DNA from: Gammaproteobacteria bacterium | Lineage (GTDB): Bacteria; Pseudomonadota; Gammaproteobacteria; Eutrophobiales; Eutrophobiaceae | Reading direction: 5' to 3' | NCBI GenBank assembly: GCA_965243205.1 | Contig: CBDEUK010000001.1 | Coordinates: forward strand, 320,001 to 384,000 | DNA length: 64,000 bases | Part shown: piece by piece, positions 30,001 through 39,794 of the stretch | Layout of the letters: each line of letters starts with the position of its first letter | How positions within the stretch are numbered: the first letter of the stretch is position 1 | Translations under genes and position numbers: made by a program | The notes under the pieces: model-generated | Seen by the model: only the letters and a program-made list of their open reading frames with translations | What the model was told of the DNA's origin: nothing | The model's database searches: none

Positions 30001-30803
30001 CTAACAACGGAATCAATATTGATAGTTTAAGTTTAAAATCTGACAAAGTAAGTATCGATGGTTATGGTAAATGGTTAGGTACAAAACTCAACAATAATAC
30101 TGAACTACGATTAAATATCACTGCTGATACTATTAATGATATGCGAAGACAATTTCAATTTGACGAAACTACAATTGAAAATGGAAAATTAACTGTCGAC
30201 ATCAATAGCATATGGACTGGTTCACCTTTTGATTTTGAACTTGGAAATCTTAATGGAGATTTAAATTTATCAATAGAAAAAGGCACTATGTCTGATATTG
30301 ATCCTAAAGCAGGTAGGATATTTGGTTTACTCAGTATACAAAGTCTACCCCGAAGATTATCTTTAGATTTTTCTGATCTATTTGGCGAAGGATTACAATT
30401 CGATTCTATCAAAGGACATTTTTCTATTTCCGATGGTCAGGCATTCACCAATGATTTAACCATGATCGGCCCTTCTGCTAACGTTATGATCAATGGACGA
30501 ACTGGTTTAGTCGATCAAGACTATGATCAAACTGTGATTGTGACTCCACAAATTACTGGAAACTTACCGGTTGCTGGCGCAGTTTTTGGACCAATAGGAA
30601 TTGGACTTGGTGCAGCGATTCATTTTGCGGGTGAAATCTTTGAATCAATCCCTTCTAACATTAATAAAATATTAGAAATTCAATACACTATTACTGGAAG
30701 CTGGGACGATCCAATTATTGAAGAGTTTAAATCTGAAAAAACAGCTAATAACCAACCTTCTGGTCTATCATCACAAAGCATTAATCAAGCAATACAAAAG
30801 TAA
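27012..30803 (+). CDS. yhdP: YhdP (AsmA-like intermembrane phospholipid transporter)
   Basis: 1263 aa directly after rng; N-terminal TM; GRIFGLLSIQSLPRRLSLDFSDLF and YTITGSWDDP. Confidence 0.9.
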   Translation: MFLKLSQKLLRFFFYSAAAIIICMAVALAVLRVALPDLGNYKSDIEKFISNEMGYPVGIDDIEAKWVGWIPNLDITNIKIFDKDKQNSIIAFKEAHIKFDLLSSVSQKTIIPSHIMVNGTSLTFARLRDGSIIIVESGTNLSEGGGNNQALTNWFKQQNNLIIVDAKLTWVDLQNDNPPVTFENTFIELSSDLNGILANGTADLIQHDEIAAFDFKISMTGDITTQDWSGSISLNTNDFDISQIFAQQSLIDINVGRQKGNGQLNAKFEYAKLKQLTADIHYDALEFGEANNITQLEDFNIDLDMLRTTNNQWLVNLEFPKKQSDGVNDPITKISATAGFENENFLDLNINYLPLSKIFNIVSTSKNVNLSNSNELLSDAKIYDMHIQYRTSDQTSEQHFITLTSNNISLDSKKLYDEAKTLKDIKTDIIWNNSSKELQINNLSLQTEDFPLSLKGSVKTIEKNFVDLELNIEQLNLNVIPDYLPKTANEPLKEWVNHALVNGTANKILLTIKGELAKFPFPNDENGKLRLSAKLNDGKIKFHPEWPLMENLDANFNLQGVELKLEAEKATILEASINTIKAKIPDILEEDPNLYAAGNMSSDGKTLVKFIQQSPLKNRESLKIVEEINLTGPTKIDLDLNIPLYPEDLTKIDGTLAFLNNSIYSEELKMQMTDMKGDLKFTRNSVTAKNINAIYFDRNITLSIPKVAAEESEYLMIAGNLDQSFLREQISHYSPQIFEDIAPYLNYWQGQSQWQVKYNLDPKIEDDVLLLRSDLTGLELNYPEPLYKAKTSLLPLTVEIPIKKTQDNLFKLKLAELVKANINYTPGKNSELIEMHVLFGNQPNIIFNPNKIELRGNMEQLDLSGWLDVVTKANEQLSDSDFEPDSLFNNKYSEISVNQVFHGGQTYNNVLAKVTQKQGDWNVQVESNDIVGTINVPAIGEPIDLNLSTYRVVKNSETTDATQYLSPEEFSIFNASVDNFYYNDSLMGKLMITSSRTNNGINIDSLSLKSDKVSIDGYGKWLGTKLNNNTELRLNITADTINDMRRQFQFDETTIENGKLTVDINSIWTGSPFDFELGNLNGDLNLSIEKGTMSDIDPKAGRIFGLLSIQSLPRRLSLDFSDLFGEGLQFDSIKGHFSISDGQAFTNDLTMIGPSANVMINGRTGLVDQDYDQTVIVTPQITGNLPVAGAVFGPIGIGLGAAIHFAGEIFESIPSNINKILEIQYTITGSWDDPIIEEFKSEKTANNQPSGLSSQSINQAIQK

Positions 30804-30925
30804 ATTCTTCATTCGATTCTATCAGGCTCATAAGTTTTCTTTAATAATGCGAATACCCTTCGTGATTAATAAAAGTTATAATCAGCCGATAAAATATAAA
30901 ATCTAGATTTATAATATTTAAAACT

Positions 30926-31375
30926 ATGCAATGGAAACCCAATGTCACCGTCGCAGCGATAGCTCAAGATGAGCACGGTCGTTTTTTATGCGTCGAAGAA
31001 TATTCCAATGACAAATTAGTCTATAACCAACCTGCTGGGCATTTAGAACAAGGCGAAAGTTTAATAGAAGCGGTTGCTAGAGAAACCCTTGAGGAAACCG
31101 CGTATGAATTTGAACCTGAATTCATCACAGGAATATATATGTATCCAAACTCACGTAAAGAAATTACTTATTTACGTGTTTGTTTCTACGGCCAAGTAAA
31201 ACAACATTTTCCTGATCATCCATTAGACGAAGGTATCGTACAAACTAAATGGCTGAGTCGTGATGAATTATTAAAGGAACCTGAAAAACATCGCAGTGAT
31301 ATGATCATTCGTTGTATTGATGATTATCTTGCTGGAAAACAATTTCCCCTCGATTTAATTCACACCGCACTCTAA
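30926..31375 (+). CDS. nudJ: NUDIX hydrolase NudJ
   Basis: WKPNVTVAA and NQPAGHLEQGESLIEAVARETLEET; upstream of mnmA. Confidence 0.88.
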   Translation: MQWKPNVTVAAIAQDEHGRFLCVEEYSNDKLVYNQPAGHLEQGESLIEAVARETLEETAYEFEPEFITGIYMYPNSRKEITYLRVCFYGQVKQHFPDHPLDEGIVQTKWLSRDELLKEPEKHRSDMIIRCIDDYLAGKQFPLDLIHTAL

Positions 31376-31386
31376 TCTCTATATCA

Positions 31387-32469
31387 ATGACTGGAAAAAT
31401 TATCGTCGGCGTATCAGGCGGAGTAGACTCTTCAGTAACAGCCATGTTACTCAAACAACAAGGCTATGATGTCGAAGCTCTGTTCATGAAAAACTGGGTC
31501 GATGAAAACGAAGACGGCGGCTGTATGTGGGAAGCCGATGTTGAAGATGCCTTACAAGTTTGCGAAAAACTTGATATTCCTTTAAATACTGTCGATCTAT
31601 CCTCTAACTATTGGGATCGTGTATTTAAAAACTTTCTCTCTGAATATAAAAATGGTCGTACCCCAAATCCTGATGTTTTATGCAACCAAGAAATAAAATT
31701 CAATGCCTTCCTAGAACATGCTAAAGCATTAGGAGCAGAAAAAATCGCAACCGGTCATTATTCACGAATTGAAAATAACAATAATGAATATCAATTATTA
31801 AAAGGCTTAGATCAAAATAAAGACCAAAGCTATTTTCTCTGCCGCTTAACCCAAGAGCAATTAGCTCAATCAATGTTTCCAATTGGAGAATTACCCAAGC
31901 CCGAAGTTAGAAAACTCGCTGGACAAGCTCATTTGATTACACACGATAAAAAAGACAGTACGGGTATTTGTTTTATTGGCGAACAACCGTTTCGGCAATT
32001 TTTAAGTCGTTATATTCCACCCGAAAAAGGCTACATTAAAACTACTGATGGAATGATCATTGGTGAACATGAGGGTGTGTTTTATTACACTTTAGGCCAG
32101 CGCCAAGGTCTAGGTATTGGTGGGGTCAAAGATGCCAGTGACCTACCTTGGTATGTGGTACAAAAACGCATTGATTCAAATGAATTGATCGTGGCTCAAG
32201 ATCATGATCATCCCCTACTCCACAGCAAGCAATTGACCGCCTCTAATATTAACTGGGTTTCACCAAAATTACCGCTCGAGAAACTGAGTTGCTTTGCAAA
32301 GACTCGATACCGTCAACCCGATCAAGCCTGCGAAGTTATTCGAATCTCTGAAAATGAGTACAAAGTGCAATTTGAGCAATCTCAAAGAGCCATTACTCCT
32401 GGTCAATTCGTAGTCTTTTATCAACAAGATGTATGCTTAGGCGGCGGGATCATTGATTCTGCTGAATAA
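31387..32469 (+). CDS. mnmA: tRNA 2-thiouridylase
   Basis: SGGVDSSV, TPNPDVLCN, ATGHY, KDQSYFL, KKDSTGICFIGE and QRAITPGQ. Confidence 0.97.
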   Translation: MTGKIIVGVSGGVDSSVTAMLLKQQGYDVEALFMKNWVDENEDGGCMWEADVEDALQVCEKLDIPLNTVDLSSNYWDRVFKNFLSEYKNGRTPNPDVLCNQEIKFNAFLEHAKALGAEKIATGHYSRIENNNNEYQLLKGLDQNKDQSYFLCRLTQEQLAQSMFPIGELPKPEVRKLAGQAHLITHDKKDSTGICFIGEQPFRQFLSRYIPPEKGYIKTTDGMIIGEHEGVFYYTLGQRQGLGIGGVKDASDLPWYVVQKRIDSNELIVAQDHDHPLLHSKQLTASNINWVSPKLPLEKLSCFAKTRYRQPDQACEVIRISENEYKVQFEQSQRAITPGQFVVFYQQDVCLGGGIIDSAE

Positions 32470-32645
32470 CACTACTATTATTAGGCATGTCACGGATGTG
32501 TGCAAAATGTTAAGTATTTGTTTTAATTCAATTATTTTTATATCTCATAGTTAAAACACTTTTTAAGATCTAAACAGATCGGCCGAAATATCGATATAAA
32601 TTGGCTTTTCATAATAATTTTAAATAATCATCGGAGAAAAATATC

Positions 32646-35249
32646 GTGCTGGAACAGTATCGCAAGCATGTGGAAGAACGGGCGGCTGAAGGTATCGTGC
32701 CTAAGCCATTGGATCCTGAACAAACCGCTGCTTTAGTAGAGTTGCTCAAAAATCCTCCTACAGGTGAAGAAGACTTCATCCTGGATCTATTAACCAATCG
32801 CGTCCCTGCTGGTGTTGACCAAGCAGCCTATGTCAAAGCTAGTTATCTTGCTGCCATTACTAAAGGTAATGCAACATCGCCTTTAATTGACAAGACGAAA
32901 GCCGCAGAATTATTAGGCACTATGTTAGGTGGTTATAACATTGCAGCATTAATTGATTGTCTAGATGATGCTGAATTAGCGCCTACCGCAGTAAAAGCTT
33001 TATCCCATACCTTATTAATGTTTGATGCTTTCCATGATGTAAAAGATAAAGCTGATGCGGGAAATGAATCAGCCAAACAAATTATGCAATCATGGGCTGA
33101 TGGCGAATGGTTTACCAGTCGTCCACAATTAGCAGAAAAAATAACGGTTACCGTATTTAAAGTCACAGGCGAAACCAATACTGATGACTTATCCCCTGCT
33201 CCAGATGCATGGTCACGCCCTGATATTCCATTACATGCAAATGCGATGTTAAAAATGGAACGAGATGGTATTAACCCTGATCAACCAGGTACGGTTGGAC
33301 CAATCAAACAAATCGAAGAATTAAAAACCAAAGGTTTTCCTTTGGCCTATGTGGGTGATGTTGTCGGCACAGGTTCTTCACGTAAATCTGCAACAAATTC
33401 TGTGTTATGGCACATGGGTGATGATATTCCTTTCATCCCTAACAAACGCGATGGTGGTTTTTGCTTAGGCGGCAAAATCGCACCTATCTTTTTCAATACC
33501 ATGGAAGACGCGGGTGCATTACCTATCGAATGTGATGTAACTGGTATGAACATGGGCGATATCATCGATATCTACCCATACGAAGGTAAAATCTGCAAGC
33601 ACGGCAGTGATGAAGTCGTATGTGAGTTCTCCTTGAAAACCGATATTCTTCTTGATGAAGTTCAAGCAGGCGGTCGTATCCCTTTAATCATTGGTCGTGG
33701 TCTTACTGAACGTGCTCGTGAAGCACTTGGGTTAGGAAGTACTGACTTATTCCGTCGCCCAGTCGCTGCTAATGATACTGGCAAAGGTTATACCTTGGCG
33801 CAGAAAATGGTCGGTAAAGCGTGTGGTGTTGAAGGCATTCGTCCTGGTACTTATTGCGAACCAAAAATGACCACTGTGGGTTCTCAAGATACCACTGGCC
33901 CAATGACACGTGATGAGTTAAAAGACTTGGCGTGTTTAGGTTTCTCATCAGACTTAGTAATGCAGTCTTTCTGTCATACCGCAGCATATCCAAAACCTGT
34001 TGATGTAAACACACATGAAACATTACCTGATTTCATCCAAACTCGTGGTGGTGTAGCACTACGCCCAGGTGATGGTGTGATCCACTCTTGGTTAAACCGT
34101 ATGTTAATGCCTGATACCGTTGGTACAGGTGGTGATTCACATACCCGTTTCCCAATTGGTATTTCTTTCCCAGCAGGTTCAGGCCTTGTTGCTTTCGCTG
34201 CAGCGACTGGTGTGATGCCATTAGATATGCCTGAATCGGTTCTTGTTCGTTTCACAGGCGAAATGCAACCAGGTATTACTTTACGTGATTTAGTAAATGC
34301 CATTCCATTAGCTGCAATCAAGACTGGTGATTTAACCGTTGCTAAAGAAGGTAAGAAAAATATCTTCTCAGGTCGTATTTTAGAGATTGAAGGTTTACCT
34401 AACTTAAAATGTGAACAAGCATTTGAATTATCAGATGCATCTGCAGAGCGCTCAGCAGCAGGTTGTACAATTAAATTAGATAAAGAACCTATCATCGAAT
34501 ACTTAACTTCTAACGTCACCATGTTACGTTGGATGATCAACGAAGGTTATGGCGATCCACGTACCTTAGAGCGTCGCGCACAAGCTATGGAAGAATGGTT
34601 AGCAAATCCAGAGCTAATGCAAGCGGATGCTGATGCGGAATACGCAAAAGTATTTGAAATTAACATGTCGGAAATCAAAGAACCTATTCTTGCTTGTCCG
34701 AATGATCCTGATGATGTGAAAACACTAGCTGATGTAGCAGGTACTAAAATCGATGAGATCTTCTTAGGTTCTTGTATGACTAACATCGGTCACTTCCGCG
34801 CAGCCGGTGAGATGTTAAACAAAGCAAAAGGTGAAATCCCAACACGTATGTGGGTAGCTCCTCCAACTAAGATGGATCAAGACCAACTAACTGCTGAAGG
34901 CTACTATAGCTCTTTTGGTAAAGCAGGTGCCCGAACAGAAATGCCTGGTTGTTCATTATGTATGGGTAACCAAGCAAGAGTTGCTCCTGGTTCAACGGTT
35001 GTTTCAACATCAACCCGTAACTTCCCTAACCGTTTAGGTGATGGTGCGAATGTATTCTTAGCATCTGCTGAAATTGCAGCGGTGTCTTCTATCTTAGGCA
35101 AAATTCCAACGTTCGAAGAATACATGGAATACGCTAAGGACTTAGAACCGGTTACCGACAATGTTTATAAATATTTAAACTTTAATGAAATCGATTCGTT
35201 CCAAAATAGTGCAGATGAAGCCAAAGAAAAGATGGCTGCTGAAGCATAA
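32646..35249 (+). CDS. acnB: Aconitate hydratase B
   Basis: [33 protein letters not shown] and [12 protein letters not shown]; GTG start after a GGAG RBS. Confidence 0.97.
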   Translation: MLEQYRKHVEERAAEGIVPKPLDPEQTAALVELLKNPPTGEEDFILDLLTNRVPAGVDQAAYVKASYLAAITKGNATSPLIDKTKAAELLGTMLGGYNIAALIDCLDDAELAPTAVKALSHTLLMFDAFHDVKDKADAGNESAKQIMQSWADGEWFTSRPQLAEKITVTVFKVTGETNTDDLSPAPDAWSRPDIPLHANAMLKMERDGINPDQPGTVGPIKQIEELKTKGFPLAYVGDVVGTGSSRKSATNSVLWHMGDDIPFIPNKRDGGFCLGGKIAPIFFNTMEDAGALPIECDVTGMNMGDIIDIYPYEGKICKHGSDEVVCEFSLKTDILLDEVQAGGRIPLIIGRGLTERAREALGLGSTDLFRRPVAANDTGKGYTLAQKMVGKACGVEGIRPGTYCEPKMTTVGSQDTTGPMTRDELKDLACLGFSSDLVMQSFCHTAAYPKPVDVNTHETLPDFIQTRGGVALRPGDGVIHSWLNRMLMPDTVGTGGDSHTRFPIGISFPAGSGLVAFAAATGVMPLDMPESVLVRFTGEMQPGITLRDLVNAIPLAAIKTGDLTVAKEGKKNIFSGRILEIEGLPNLKCEQAFELSDASAERSAAGCTIKLDKEPIIEYLTSNVTMLRWMINEGYGDPRTLERRAQAMEEWLANPELMQADADAEYAKVFEINMSEIKEPILACPNDPDDVKTLADVAGTKIDEIFLGSCMTNIGHFRAAGEMLNKAKGEIPTRMWVAPPTKMDQDQLTAEGYYSSFGKAGARTEMPGCSLCMGNQARVAPGSTVVSTSTRNFPNRLGDGANVFLASAEIAAVSSILGKIPTFEEYMEYAKDLEPVTDNVYKYLNFNEIDSFQNSADEAKEKMAAEA

Positions 35250-35275
35250 TTAATTCTTATATAAAAGAGTATTTT

Positions 35276-35302
35276 AAAGGGCACTTATAGTGCCCTTTTT
35301 TT
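35276..35302 (+). terminator. Intrinsic terminator of acnB
   Basis: aaagggcact-tat-agtgcccttt followed by a T-run. Confidence 0.85.
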
Positions 35303-35429
35303 GTTCTTTATAAAAATAAATATTCTAAAAGAATGTTTCATAATGCATCACCCATATCAAGTATATTTTTATTCAAAAGTGTTCGAACAATGATATTATG
35401 ACGTTTTATTGGCGTTATATTATTGAAGA

Positions 35430-36572
35430 ATGAGTTACTATAAAGCTTCGGAAGCTAAACAACTTGATATACTGCTTAAAAATACTCGAACTGGGTTAGT
35501 TTATGCTGCCTTGTATATTGTTCTGTTCTATTTAATTATTCCTAAAGAAACTCTAAATTTTATTTTTTACATTTGGGCAGTCTCTTACATTTTTATTAAT
35601 GTAATTCGAACATTTTTAGGTATTAAAATTAGCGATGTTATCGAGAAAAATACTGAGCTGAAGCCTTGGGTTATTGGATTTAATGTTAATTTATTTTTGT
35701 CTTCCATATGCCTATGCTATCTCCTACTAATATTTGAAACGACATGGCCTGTTGTTAATCAAATAGCTTTTTGGATGTTATACGTTAGCCTGATAGCAGG
35801 CAGCGTACCTTTATATTCCGTAAAATTTGAAAGCTATCTTAGCTTTGCAAGTCCGCTTATTGTTAGTTGTTTCCTAATGCCATTTACTCTTACAGATCCA
35901 AGTTATAAATATATTGGCTATTTATTTATTCCTTTTGGTATCGGGATTATTTTTGTTGCAAAAAAATATAACGATATTCTGAAAAACTTAAATAAAAAAG
36001 AAATTGAACTAGCTGAATCTAATAAAAAATTAGAAAGTATTGCATCGAAAGACCCATTAACTCGTTTACCTAACCGAAGAGCCTACGATGAATATTTCTT
36101 GTCTGAATGGGATCGACATAAACGCTCGGCATCTGTCCTATCACTATTAATCATCGATGTAGATCATTTTAAAGAATATAACGACCACTATGGCCATAGT
36201 GAAGGAGACACATGTTTAATTCGGCTTTCAAATATTATTAATAAAAATTTAAAACGCCCTGGTGATTTAGCTTGTCGTTATGGTGGAGAAGAATTTACTA
36301 TCATTCTTCCAGATACAAATACAAAAGGTGCTTTTGAAGTCGCTGAAAGAATGCGCAAAAAAATCGAAAATCTACAAATTCCTCATGAATATTCAGAAAT
36401 GACGCCGTATGTCACTGTGAGCATTGGTGTGGCTACAATTGATCCATCAGATGAAAATGAACCTCAAAGTTTTTTCAAACAAGCTGATGCTCAACTTTAT
36501 AATGCAAAACAACGTGGCAGAAATAAAGTATGTATAGATACAAAAAATATTGTTGAGAGTAATACTACTTAA
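35430..36572 (+). CDS. Membrane-bound diguanylate cyclase
   Basis: Multi-TM N-terminus, DPLTRLPNRR, DVDHFKEYNDHYGH, I-site RPGD and active site GGEEF. Confidence 0.92.
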   Translation: MSYYKASEAKQLDILLKNTRTGLVYAALYIVLFYLIIPKETLNFIFYIWAVSYIFINVIRTFLGIKISDVIEKNTELKPWVIGFNVNLFLSSICLCYLLLIFETTWPVVNQIAFWMLYVSLIAGSVPLYSVKFESYLSFASPLIVSCFLMPFTLTDPSYKYIGYLFIPFGIGIIFVAKKYNDILKNLNKKEIELAESNKKLESIASKDPLTRLPNRRAYDEYFLSEWDRHKRSASVLSLLIIDVDHFKEYNDHYGHSEGDTCLIRLSNIINKNLKRPGDLACRYGGEEFTIILPDTNTKGAFEVAERMRKKIENLQIPHEYSEMTPYVTVSIGVATIDPSDENEPQSFFKQADAQLYNAKQRGRNKVCIDTKNIVESNTT

Positions 36573-36619
36573 ATAATATAAACGTTAACTATTTTACTTA
36601 ACAGCTCTGCCTAAAATTT

Positions 36620-38008
36620 TTATGTTGCCTCGTGCATATTGCCTCTAACAAACGATAAATATAATCCTGGAATGCATAATAAGGCTGCAAGCATAAAACA
36701 AATTTGTATTGCCGTTTGTAATTGATGATATGTTTCTTCTGTAATTTTATTTTCGCCAATAAATAAAGAAAAGATCATTGCAACTAAAATCATACTGCTG
36801 AGTTGTCCAAGAATACGCATGCTTGCCATTATAGAAGTTGCGCTTCCATAGAGCTTTTTTTCTACAGAACTCATAATTGCATTTACATTCGGTGATGAAA
36901 AAAAACTAAACCCAAGGCCAGTAATGACTAATGCTAATAAAATATAAACCAAACTAGTTTCTGAATTTAAACCTGAAAGAAAAAACAAACCCAGTATCGT
37001 TAATATCATGCCAATAGTAGCAATATATCTAGGCTCATAACGATCGGATAATTTACCAGTAAGAGGAGAAAATACCGCCATCACTAATGGTTGTATCATC
37101 ATTATTATACCTGCTTGCGTTGCAGAAAATTCTTGTAAATATTGTAAATACAAACTGATTAAAACCACGTTAGCAAAAGTGGCTGTATACATAATCAGTG
37201 ACGCTATGCAAGAAAAAGTGAATACTTTATTCGTAAAAAATAATTTTACATTAATTAATGGTGATTCAAGCGAATATTGTAATTTGATAAAAATGAAAAT
37301 AAAAATAACACTAATTAAAATTAGAATATAACCAAGATAATTAGGAATTTTAGTCACGCCATAACACAAACAAGCTATTGCTATTGCATAGGTTAGCGCT
37401 CCAACAACATCTATTCTTGTTTTTTTCTCTGCTCGCCATTCATCCTTAACAAATACACTCCCTATAACAATGACTAATATCGCTAATGGAATATGCAATA
37501 AAAAAGCACTACGCCATCCAAATTTATCTATTAAAATGCCGCCTAAAAAAGTACCAAAACATAAACCTAAATAAATCATTGAAACTGTTAAACCAACAAT
37601 CTTTCCTCTTTCTTTTGGTGGATAAATGGAACTCACGATAGCTACTTGAGTAGCATATAACATTGCAGCACTAATACCTTGTAGGAAACGAGCACTTAAG
37701 ATCTCAAATGAATTATTTGCTGTTGCTGCATAAGATGATGTAATAACAACAAGTATGGTTCCCAATAAGAAAATTTTCTTACGACCATACACATCTGCTA
37801 ATCGTCCAAATAATAATAAAAACATTGCGCTTGCCATTAAATACGCCATTGGCACCCAACTTATAACAACAGCGTCTAAATTTAGACTATTAGCAATATG
37901 TGGTAATGCTACATTGACCGCCGATAACATTAAGGGCGTAGTGAAAGCATTTATTAACACCATAACTAACGTTATTCTTGTTTGGAAATTTGTATTCGTA
38001 TCGGTCAT
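36620..38008 (-). CDS. MFS transporter (DHA2-like, about 14 TM)
   Basis: SAVNVALPHI, GRLADVYGRK, ARFLQG and FFSSPN; ATGA overlap with the cmoB stop. Confidence 0.88.
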   Translation of the reverse strand: MTDTNTNFQTRITLVMVLINAFTTPLMLSAVNVALPHIANSLNLDAVVISWVPMAYLMASAMFLLLFGRLADVYGRKKIFLLGTILVVITSSYAATANNSFEILSARFLQGISAAMLYATQVAIVSSIYPPKERGKIVGLTVSMIYLGLCFGTFLGGILIDKFGWRSAFLLHIPLAILVIVIGSVFVKDEWRAEKKTRIDVVGALTYAIAIACLCYGVTKIPNYLGYILILISVIFIFIFIKLQYSLESPLINVKLFFTNKVFTFSCIASLIMYTATFANVVLISLYLQYLQEFSATQAGIIMMIQPLVMAVFSPLTGKLSDRYEPRYIATIGMILTILGLFFLSGLNSETSLVYILLALVITGLGFSFFSSPNVNAIMSSVEKKLYGSATSIMASMRILGQLSSMILVAMIFSLFIGENKITEETYHQLQTAIQICFMLAALLCIPGLYLSFVRGNMHEAT

Positions 38009-38979
38009 ACTATTTTTATTGCTTTCATAAGAACACGTTTTGGAGCTGGATAACCTTCGATTGTTTTTGTTATATCATTTGGGTCAAGGAAATCAGCCAA
38101 AGATTCAAAAGACATCCATTGAGTTACACGTTGTTCCTGAGAGGTAGTGTTCGATTCATCCAGAATTTCTATTGATGAAAATCCATTTTCAGATAAAGTT
38201 TCAGAAAGTTTACGAATCGATGGTATCCACCAAACATTTTTCATTTTAGCATATCGCCCATCAGGTACTAAAATATCGCCATAGATTTCGTCAATGACTA
38301 AAGTTTCGATCACAAGCTCACCATTCGGTTTAATGCAATTATATAGCTGTTTTATATGCTCAACAGGATCACGTCGATGATATATCACCCCCATAGAAAA
38401 AACCGTGTCGAAAGATAATTTATCTATTGATAATTCTTGAATACCAAATGGCAACATATAAAACGGATTATCTATAAGATAACGTTTTAAAATTTCGTAT
38501 TGCATCAAATAAAACAAAGTTGGATCAATACCAACAACGATATCTGCTCCTGCTCCTAACATACGCAAACTGTAATAACCATTACCACAACCAACATCTA
38601 AAACTGTTTTATTTGTTAAATCTATTTTATCTTTGACACGAGACCATTTTAAATCACAGCGCCATTCAGCATCCAAATCTATTCCAAATAAATCAAATGG
38701 ACCTTTACGCCAAGGAATAAATGTTTTTAAAACAGTTTTTATTTGTTCAAACTCTTGTTCTGAACAATCTTTTCTTTCACCAATTCTTGGTGCGGTTGCA
38801 GTAAAATCAAATGATGAAGGTTTAATATCAGGTAATGATTCAATTGCCTGTTTCCAAGCAGGGTAGTTTCCATGATTAATATTGCGAACGTATTCTTCTA
38901 GTTTTGATTGTAATTCCACAGCCCAATCAGCCATACCATGCTGATCCAATAACGGATATAGATTCGAATATTCAAACAT
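38005..38979 (-). CDS. cmoB: tRNA U34 carboxymethyltransferase
   Basis: PWRKGPF, DAEWRCDLKW, VLDVGCGNGY, FSMGVIYH and TIEGYPAP. Confidence 0.95.
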   Translation of the reverse strand: MFEYSNLYPLLDQHGMADWAVELQSKLEEYVRNINHGNYPAWKQAIESLPDIKPSSFDFTATAPRIGERKDCSEQEFEQIKTVLKTFIPWRKGPFDLFGIDLDAEWRCDLKWSRVKDKIDLTNKTVLDVGCGNGYYSLRMLGAGADIVVGIDPTLFYLMQYEILKRYLIDNPFYMLPFGIQELSIDKLSFDTVFSMGVIYHRRDPVEHIKQLYNCIKPNGELVIETLVIDEIYGDILVPDGRYAKMKNVWWIPSIRKLSETLSENGFSSIEILDESNTTSQEQRVTQWMSFESLADFLDPNDITKTIEGYPAPKRVLMKAIKIV

Positions 38980-38980
38980 A

Positions 38981-39712
38981 TTATTTTTGAGCTAGGAAGG
39001 TTATAAAATTGAAATTTTGCATTAACACATCAAAAGATTGAAATCCTACTGATTCACAACGTTGTTTATGTGAATTTATTGTTTCAGGAATTAATATATT
39101 TTCTAAAGCAGTACGTTTACCTGAAATTTCCATATCATCATATCCATTAAGTTTTTTATATCGATGATGTAATTCAGTCATACGGTTTTGTTGTTCTTCA
39201 TCTTCAAAAATAATTTTTTCAGAAATAGCTAACACACCTTTTTCATTCAAACCTGAATAAATCTTTTGAATCAATTTCTCTCTTTCAGGTAGAGGTAAAA
39301 ACTGTAAGGTGTAGTTCATAACAACTATGGATGCATTATGTATTTCTATATCTCGAACATCTGCATGAACTATTTCGATCAGCGTCTTATTTGAAATACG
39401 TTGTAATTGTTTTTTACATCGAGTGATCATAGGTTCAGAAATATCTACAGCAATGATTTTAAATCTCTCATCATTCAAAGCTTGGCTCATTGATAAAGTA
39501 CAAGCGCCTAATGAACAACCTAAATCATAAATCTGTGAATTGGCAACAGAATATTGTTTTGCAATCACACCTAATAAAGCAACGCTCTGAAAATAACCCG
39601 GCACTGAACGATTGATCATATCTGGAAATACATCTGCTACACGTTCATCAAATTCAAATGGCTTAATTTCGCCATCAAAGTTTCGATAGATTGTGTCTTT
39701 TTGCTTTGTCAT
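38981..39712 (-). CDS. cmoA: Carboxy-S-adenosyl-L-methionine synthase
   Basis: FEFDERVADVFPDMINRSVPGY, YDLGCSLG, NYTLQF and KRTALEN. Confidence 0.95.
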   Translation of the reverse strand: MTKQKDTIYRNFDGEIKPFEFDERVADVFPDMINRSVPGYFQSVALLGVIAKQYSVANSQIYDLGCSLGACTLSMSQALNDERFKIIAVDISEPMITRCKKQLQRISNKTLIEIVHADVRDIEIHNASIVVMNYTLQFLPLPEREKLIQKIYSGLNEKGVLAISEKIIFEDEEQQNRMTELHHRYKKLNGYDDMEISGKRTALENILIPETINSHKQRCESVGFQSFDVLMQNFNFITFLAQK

Positions 39713-39794
39713 TGCTCTATTGTAACCGCAATGCTTGAGAAAAATGCTAGAATTACTGTTTTTGATTAAATAAATATTTTAAGAGTTGCTATCG

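Noticed and set aside
33974-34540. 188-aa antisense ORF, plus other short ORFs inside acnB
   Set aside because: Shadow frames of a codon-biased, highly expressed gene; no RBS or recognisable motifs
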